A stretch of DNA of 64,000 bases. It comes from Candidatus Thermochlorobacter sp. Its GTDB lineage: Bacteria; Bacteroidota; Chlorobiia; Chlorobiales; Thermochlorobacteraceae. Shown piece by piece: positions 59,475 through 64,000 of this stretch. Each line of letters starts with the position of its first letter. Position 1 is the stretch's first letter. The DNA is taken from positions 128,054 to 192,053 of the forward strand of contig JBKBSK010000001.1 of NCBI GenBank assembly GCA_046291735.1, in the 5' to 3' direction. The translations under genes and the position numbers were made by a program. The notes beneath the pieces are model-generated. The model saw only the letters and a program-made list of their open reading frames with translations, was not told the DNA's origin and searched no databases.

Positions 59475-60212
59475 TTAGTTCGATTTCGTCTCACTCTCTG
59501 GTGTTGTCTCTTTGGTAAGGTCTACCATCTCGATACCATCCAGATAGGTTTTTGTGGAGTATTGGCGTAAGCTCATCAATCTTTTGACCACATCTTCAAT
59601 TCGCTTACCTTGTTCGTGCACACGCTCGAGCATTTTCTTGACCTTTTCCAGATCCTCTTCTTGCAGTGGTTCCCGATTTAGTTTTTGTAGCGCAAGTTCT
59701 AAGAACCCCAGCAGTCCTGTGAGCGGATTATTGATTTCGTGCGCCAGTGTCGCTACCACTGCCATTGCGGCGGCTGCACGCTCAAGACTGACAATCTGCT
59801 CTTGCAACTCCAAAATGCGAAACCCAACTTGAACGCGCGCTAAGAGTTCAGACGGCTTGAGTGATTTGGATAGGTAGTCATCGACGCCTTCGCTGAGTGC
59901 ACGCACTTTTTCATCTTGTGAGCCTAATGCCGTAATCATGATGAAATAAATGCCCTTTGTCTTGGGGTTTTGACGCAAACTACGACATAAATCTAAGCCG
60001 CTTCGCTGTGGCATCGTCTTGTCGCAGATGACAATCGGCAAATCGTACTTGTTCAAAATCGCTTCCGCTTCATCTGCACTATTTGCAAGCACTGTTTCAT
60101 ATCCATTAGCTTGAAGTTGGCGACTAATAATTTGTAGCACACTCGGGTCATCATCCACAACAAGAATTTTTCTCTCCTTCTTCTGCACTTTTTTTTCGGA
60201 TTCCGATGTCAT
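59475..60212 (-). CDS. Response-regulator receiver fused to a HisKA (DHp) domain, with no ATPase domain
   Basis: REC (ILVVDDDP, CDKTMPQ, LSKSL) followed by the H-box ATLAHEINNPL. The protein ends about 70 aa later. The start was trimmed to MTSESEKK. Confidence 0.75.
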   Translation of the reverse strand: MTSESEKKVQKKERKILVVDDDPSVLQIISRQLQANGYETVLANSADEAEAILNKYDLPIVICDKTMPQRSGLDLCRSLRQNPKTKGIYFIMITALGSQDEKVRALSEGVDDYLSKSLKPSELLARVQVGFRILELQEQIVSLERAAAAMAVVATLAHEINNPLTGLLGFLELALQKLNREPLQEEDLEKVKKMLERVHEQGKRIEDVVKRLMSLRQYSTKTYLDGIEMVDLTKETTPESETKSN

Positions 60213-60445
60213 AGTAAAATTGACAAGATGAATTTTTTCGCAAGCAAGGCTTGCCACATTTTTGCACAAAGTAATAAAAAAATCAGCGATTGCCGTATTG
60301 CTAAACGTTCTTATGCAGACGTTGCAGCAAGGGTTTATTGCTCGTGCATGAGACATGAACAACATCTGTTTCCCCCTTATCTTTGCGATTTGCAAACCTG
60401 TCTTTGAACCTGTATCTTTGCGTTCCTATGTTTTTTCGGGCTACT

Positions 60446-60518
60446 TGGGGCTATAGCTCAGTTGGTAGAGCGCTGCAATCGCACTGCAGAGGTCAGGAGT
60501 TCGAATCTCCTTAGCTCC
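60446..60518 (+). tRNA. tRNA-Ala (anticodon CGC)
   Basis: Cloverleaf: acceptor GGGGCTA/TAGCTCC with the G3:U70 alanine identity pair, D-arm GCTCAGTTGGTAGAGC, anticodon loop atCGCac, and T-arm AGGAGTTCGAATCTCCT. Coordinates may be +1. Confidence 0.9.
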
Positions 60519-60608
60519 ACATACTTGTGCATCTTTCACCCATCTTTGAGTCGATGCTGATTGAGATACTGTTTGTGAGTTTTTGACCTGCCTAAAGCAG
60601 TTGTCCTT

Positions 60609-62765
60609 ATGACTAAGAAAAGAGTTCATCATGCTTGCCCGAATGCTGCGCGCGACCTTCTAGAGCGAGCCAAAACGCTCCGCTACACCGACACTCGCAC
60701 AGCATACACCGACCTCGAAGTTGCACTTCATCAAGCTGAAGCTCAAGGCGATACACACGCATTACTTGACGCTCTCAAAGAACTTGCAATTTGCTCACAT
60801 GTCCTAAATAATTATGCGCAAACGATTGCGTGGGCAGAACTTTTGCTCGAGAAAGCGCGCTACTATCGCTCCAACCAGTATGAAAGCAGCGCCCACAACC
60901 TTCTTGGCATTGGTCATCACGACATTGGCAACTTAGATATAGCATTGGAGCATTTTCAGGCTGCACTTTCACTTCAAGAGAAAATAGGTCAGAAGCGTAG
61001 CATTGCGTCATTTCTGCATAACATTGGCAATATCTATGTCATCAAGGGGCAATTTGAAGTCAGTCTCGAGTGGTATTTGCGCGCGCTGGCATTACGCGAA
61101 CATATCTCACGTGAATTGATGCCAAGATTGCTCAATGGTCTGGGTTACGCTTACTATCACCTCGGCAAGCACGATGACGCCGTACGCTACTTGACCCAAA
61201 GCTTGGAGATTGCTGAGGCAGATGGCTTTTCCTTCATGCAAATTGTCTCGCTCGAAAGTCTCGCCGACGTCTACATAGACTACGGCGATTACACCACAGC
61301 ACTCAATTTCTGTATCAAAGCGCTTGTTCTTGCTGAACAACTGGACAACAAAAAGGAAATTGCTAGCAAAAAATTGCGCTTAGGCACCATTTATCTGCGC
61401 ATGGGCGATTATCTAGCGGCTATTGCTGCCTTCAGCGAAGCACTCAGCATTGGCGAGCAACTTGGCGCAGTTTTGATAAAAATCACGGCACTTGCCAAAT
61501 TAGGTGAAGTCCAACGGGCGCTCGGCGAGCGCGAGCGTGCTCAAGATTCTTTCACTCAAGCACGCGCCCTTGCCCAAAAGTATGGATATGAGTTTTTAGA
61601 TGCGCAAGCCTCGCTCGAACTAGCCAAACTTTTCATTGCACAAGGCGAACACAGCGCCGCACAAGCCTTGCTTCAAGACGGACTCTCAGCTTCAGAGCGC
61701 GCTTGCTCAAAGGTCATGCAACAGCAATACCACGACACACTTGCCGTGCTGTACAAATCGCTTGGCGACATCACACGCAGCGCAAGGCATACCAAACTCT
61801 CACAACAGCTTTACGCCGAGGTCTCTGCACGCGGCACAGCCCATCACTTGCTCGTTGAATTTGAAACACAGCGCCTTCTGAAACATCCCGCCTTGTGCAA
61901 TCAGTCGGACCACCACGCTGCTATCGTATTTGCACGCAAAGCCATTGAGCAAAAGTATTCAAGCCTCTCACTGCGTTATAGCACTCACACAACCGCTAGC
62001 GCCGCTTCCGACAGAAAAGCTCTTGCAGTCTTTGTCAAAACCTTTGGCGAGTTCGTGGTTACCATTGGTGGATACACTCTCACCAAAAGTGATTGGAAAC
62101 GCAAAAAAGCACGCGACATCTTCAAAATCTTGCTCATCCATCACCAGAAAGCAGTTACAACCGATGAACTTATCGAGTTGCTCTGGAATGGCAACGTCGA
62201 GCGCCACGTTGAACAGGTCATCAAAAATAGCATCTCATTTATTCGCAAGGCGATTGAACCTAACTTAGGCGCACGCGAACCTTCTGCCTTTTTGCGCAAT
62301 GAAGGCAAAGCCTACATCTTAGATCTTGGAGAAAATGCTTTTATTGATTTCTTGGAGTTCAAATCGCTCATCGCACAAGCAGCCAAACTCTCTGACCGTA
62401 TTGCGCTCTACAAAAAAGCCGTTGCGCTCTACACCGGCGATTTTCTCAAAGAAGATTTGTATGCAGATTGGGCAATTTTCGAGCGTGAATCGCTCAAAGA
62501 TACTTACCTTAGCACGCTTTCGTACTTGGCTGAGCATGCGCTCAAGCAAAGTGAAAAAGAAGAAGCTGTTTTGTACGGTCGCCAAATTATTGAAACCGAT
62601 TGCACACACGACAAAGGCTATGATATTCTTTTGCGAGTCTACTTACAGCACGGCAACCACGCCGAAGCGCGACGCGTTTATGCACAGTGCAAAGACGCCT
62701 TTGAAAAGGAACTTGGAACACTGCCACCGAAACACTTACAAACCTTAATGTCTGGCTTAGAGTAG
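60609..62765 (+). CDS. TPR-repeat transcriptional regulator with a C-terminal OmpR-type winged helix + BTAD (SARP-like) module
   Basis: About 400 aa of TPR repeats come first. Then FVKTFGEFVVTIGG..KARDIFKILL..ELIELLW (trans_reg_C-like) and a BTAD-like helical end (LYTGDFL..DWA..ERE). Confidence 0.7.
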   Translation: MTKKRVHHACPNAARDLLERAKTLRYTDTRTAYTDLEVALHQAEAQGDTHALLDALKELAICSHVLNNYAQTIAWAELLLEKARYYRSNQYESSAHNLLGIGHHDIGNLDIALEHFQAALSLQEKIGQKRSIASFLHNIGNIYVIKGQFEVSLEWYLRALALREHISRELMPRLLNGLGYAYYHLGKHDDAVRYLTQSLEIAEADGFSFMQIVSLESLADVYIDYGDYTTALNFCIKALVLAEQLDNKKEIASKKLRLGTIYLRMGDYLAAIAAFSEALSIGEQLGAVLIKITALAKLGEVQRALGERERAQDSFTQARALAQKYGYEFLDAQASLELAKLFIAQGEHSAAQALLQDGLSASERACSKVMQQQYHDTLAVLYKSLGDITRSARHTKLSQQLYAEVSARGTAHHLLVEFETQRLLKHPALCNQSDHHAAIVFARKAIEQKYSSLSLRYSTHTTASAASDRKALAVFVKTFGEFVVTIGGYTLTKSDWKRKKARDIFKILLIHHQKAVTTDELIELLWNGNVERHVEQVIKNSISFIRKAIEPNLGAREPSAFLRNEGKAYILDLGENAFIDFLEFKSLIAQAAKLSDRIALYKKAVALYTGDFLKEDLYADWAIFERESLKDTYLSTLSYLAEHALKQSEKEEAVLYGRQIIETDCTHDKGYDILLRVYLQHGNHAEARRVYAQCKDAFEKELGTLPPKHLQTLMSGLE

Positions 62766-62781
62766 CCAAACACTCTTAGCA

Positions 62782-63909
62782 TTAGCTAAAAAAACGTAAC
62801 AACTGCTCTTCTTGTGCTTCCCAGTTGAAGACTTCGCGCGCTTTGCGGCAGTAACTGCGATACTTTTCCAAATTTTCATATACTTCAAGCACACACTCTG
62901 CAATGCGTTTTTCTTCCTCATGCGCAGAGACGACCGCGCCAACATGATGTGCTTCTACTACTTCTTTCATTGCAGGCAAATCACTTGCCACGACAGGCAC
63001 ACTTGCCATGACATACTCGAAAAGTTTGTTCGGTAAAGCTAAGTTGTAACTCTCAGAGAGCGGTTCAATCAACGCAAAGCCGATATCCGCCGAAGCTGTC
63101 AGGCGCAACAGTTCCTCATGCGGTACGCGTCCTATAGCAAATGCACGCTGCTGATAATTTCGTGCAGCAATTGCCTGCCTGAGGTCTGCGAGCTTATCGC
63201 CATCGCCAATAAAGACCGCAACGAAACGATTTTCCAGCCAAGTGAGCATGTTGAGCAATTTCCAGATGCCGCGTCCTTCTGTAATGATGCCTTGATAGAG
63301 CAAAATCACAGCACTGTCGGGAAGTTGTAGCCTTTGGTGCAGTGTGCGACTGCGTCTGTAGGCATGATAGCGTGGGTAATTAAAAATGACTTCTGGTCGC
63401 TTGATGCGGTAGCGTGCAACCAATGCATCGGCATCACGTGTGCCTGAGGTAAAGACTTTTGCGCGCCGAATACAATGCGCTTCCACACCTGCCCAGAAGC
63501 ACTGTTTGATTCGTTTTTTAGCAAGTTGGGCAAGTGCGAAGAAAAGTTCTCGCGAATCGTAGTAAAGCCGAGCTTTTCGACGGCGCGCCGCTTGATAGGC
63601 TAAGGGCAATGAAAAGACATCTTCAGCACAAAAAAACTTTGCTCTGATTTTGAGTACTTCGGGTCCAAGTGCTCGATAAAACTTCAGAAATTTTGCAGCG
63701 CCGCGCAGACTTGAGGCAATAGCAAACGCTCGCACCTGACAGCGTTCAAACTCAAAGCTCTCATCTTGCTGCGATGTCTGTAAGAGCAACAAGCGGGAAT
63801 ACTTTTTGGAAAGTGAGCGCAAAATGTTCTGCAAGCGCGAATCAAAACGCACATCGCCAAAGAAAATGAAGCAGCCATCGAAAGTTTCAGACTTCGGGTA
63901 TTTTGACAT
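62782..63909 (-). CDS. Glycosyltransferase, GT-B fold (family 1/4-like)
   Basis: C-terminal EPLSESYNLALPNKLFEYVMASVPVVASDLPAMKEVV is typical of group-1 glycosyltransferases. Confidence 0.8.
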   Translation of the reverse strand: MSKYPKSETFDGCFIFFGDVRFDSRLQNILRSLSKKYSRLLLLQTSQQDESFEFERCQVRAFAIASSLRGAAKFLKFYRALGPEVLKIRAKFFCAEDVFSLPLAYQAARRRKARLYYDSRELFFALAQLAKKRIKQCFWAGVEAHCIRRAKVFTSGTRDADALVARYRIKRPEVIFNYPRYHAYRRSRTLHQRLQLPDSAVILLYQGIITEGRGIWKLLNMLTWLENRFVAVFIGDGDKLADLRQAIAARNYQQRAFAIGRVPHEELLRLTASADIGFALIEPLSESYNLALPNKLFEYVMASVPVVASDLPAMKEVVEAHHVGAVVSAHEEEKRIAECVLEVYENLEKYRSYCRKAREVFNWEAQEEQLLRFFS

Positions 63910-64000
63910 TGGTGTTGCTTGAGCGTAAAAATCGCAGAGATTGTTACTGAGCTTTTTTCGAATTTAGCTATGGCGTACTGGGGCGAATGTGCTCTTGCCA

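Noticed and set aside
60378-60422. Repeated TATCTTTGCG / TGTCTTTGAA elements upstream of tRNA-Ala, considered as Bacteroidetes-type TAnnTTTG (-7) and TTTG (-33) promoter boxes.
   Set aside because: The spacing between the candidate -33 and -7 elements does not fit the about 19-21 nt expected. The metK and metH promoters in this window look sigma70-canonical. The evidence is too weak to call.
60441-60632. 63-aa ORF on the minus strand.
   Set aside because: It is antisense to and overlaps the tRNA-Ala gene, so it is spurious.
1-64000. CRISPR arrays, IS elements, integrases, prophage genes, toxin-antitoxin pairs and known defence systems.
   Set aside because: I found none on either strand. No spacer-repeat periodicity is visible, and no ORF has transposase, integrase or nuclease signatures.

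Overview
This 64-kb window looks like core chromosome from a Chlorobi/FCB-group bacterium, possibly Chloroherpeton-like. The lineage call is inference from gene content only. Supporting content: a Rieske/cytochrome b pair (petC-petB), a ChlG/BchG/BchK-type (bacterio)chlorophyll synthase next to a phytol-kinase-like gene, a CrtC-like carotenoid hydratase, and a protease with a T9SS C-terminal sorting domain.

Most genes are housekeeping: metK-ahcY, atpA-atpG, anmK, ribD, ribE, dCMP deaminase, truA, gatB, metH, pyrB, trpA, a P-type ATPase and tRNA-Ala(CGC). I saw no CRISPR array, transposase, integrase or phage gene.

The most interesting signals are:
1. A structured, pseudoknot-capable 5' leader occurs twice, upstream of metK-ahcY and upstream of metH. 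Both copies share a 19-nt core and have covarying helices. This is a candidate methyl-cycle riboswitch or attenuator, possibly the orphan SAM-Chlorobi motif class.
2. A cytoplasmic six-PAS histidine kinase is flanked by two paralogous output-less tandem-receiver (REC-linker-REC) proteins. The kinase carries a 798-bp intragenic tandem duplication. One receiver linker carries a triple SFEEEFFA motif. A 13-bp perfect direct repeat brackets the second receiver gene.
3. A small tandem-repeat protein sits beside a ferredoxin:thioredoxin-reductase-like gene and a GGDEF gene.

CDS ends come from the supplied ORF track, and several starts were trimmed by hand. Non-CDS coordinates were hand-counted and may be off by 1-2 nt. 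At about 23221 and about 60540 my reading of the printed sequence and the ORF track disagree by 1 nt.
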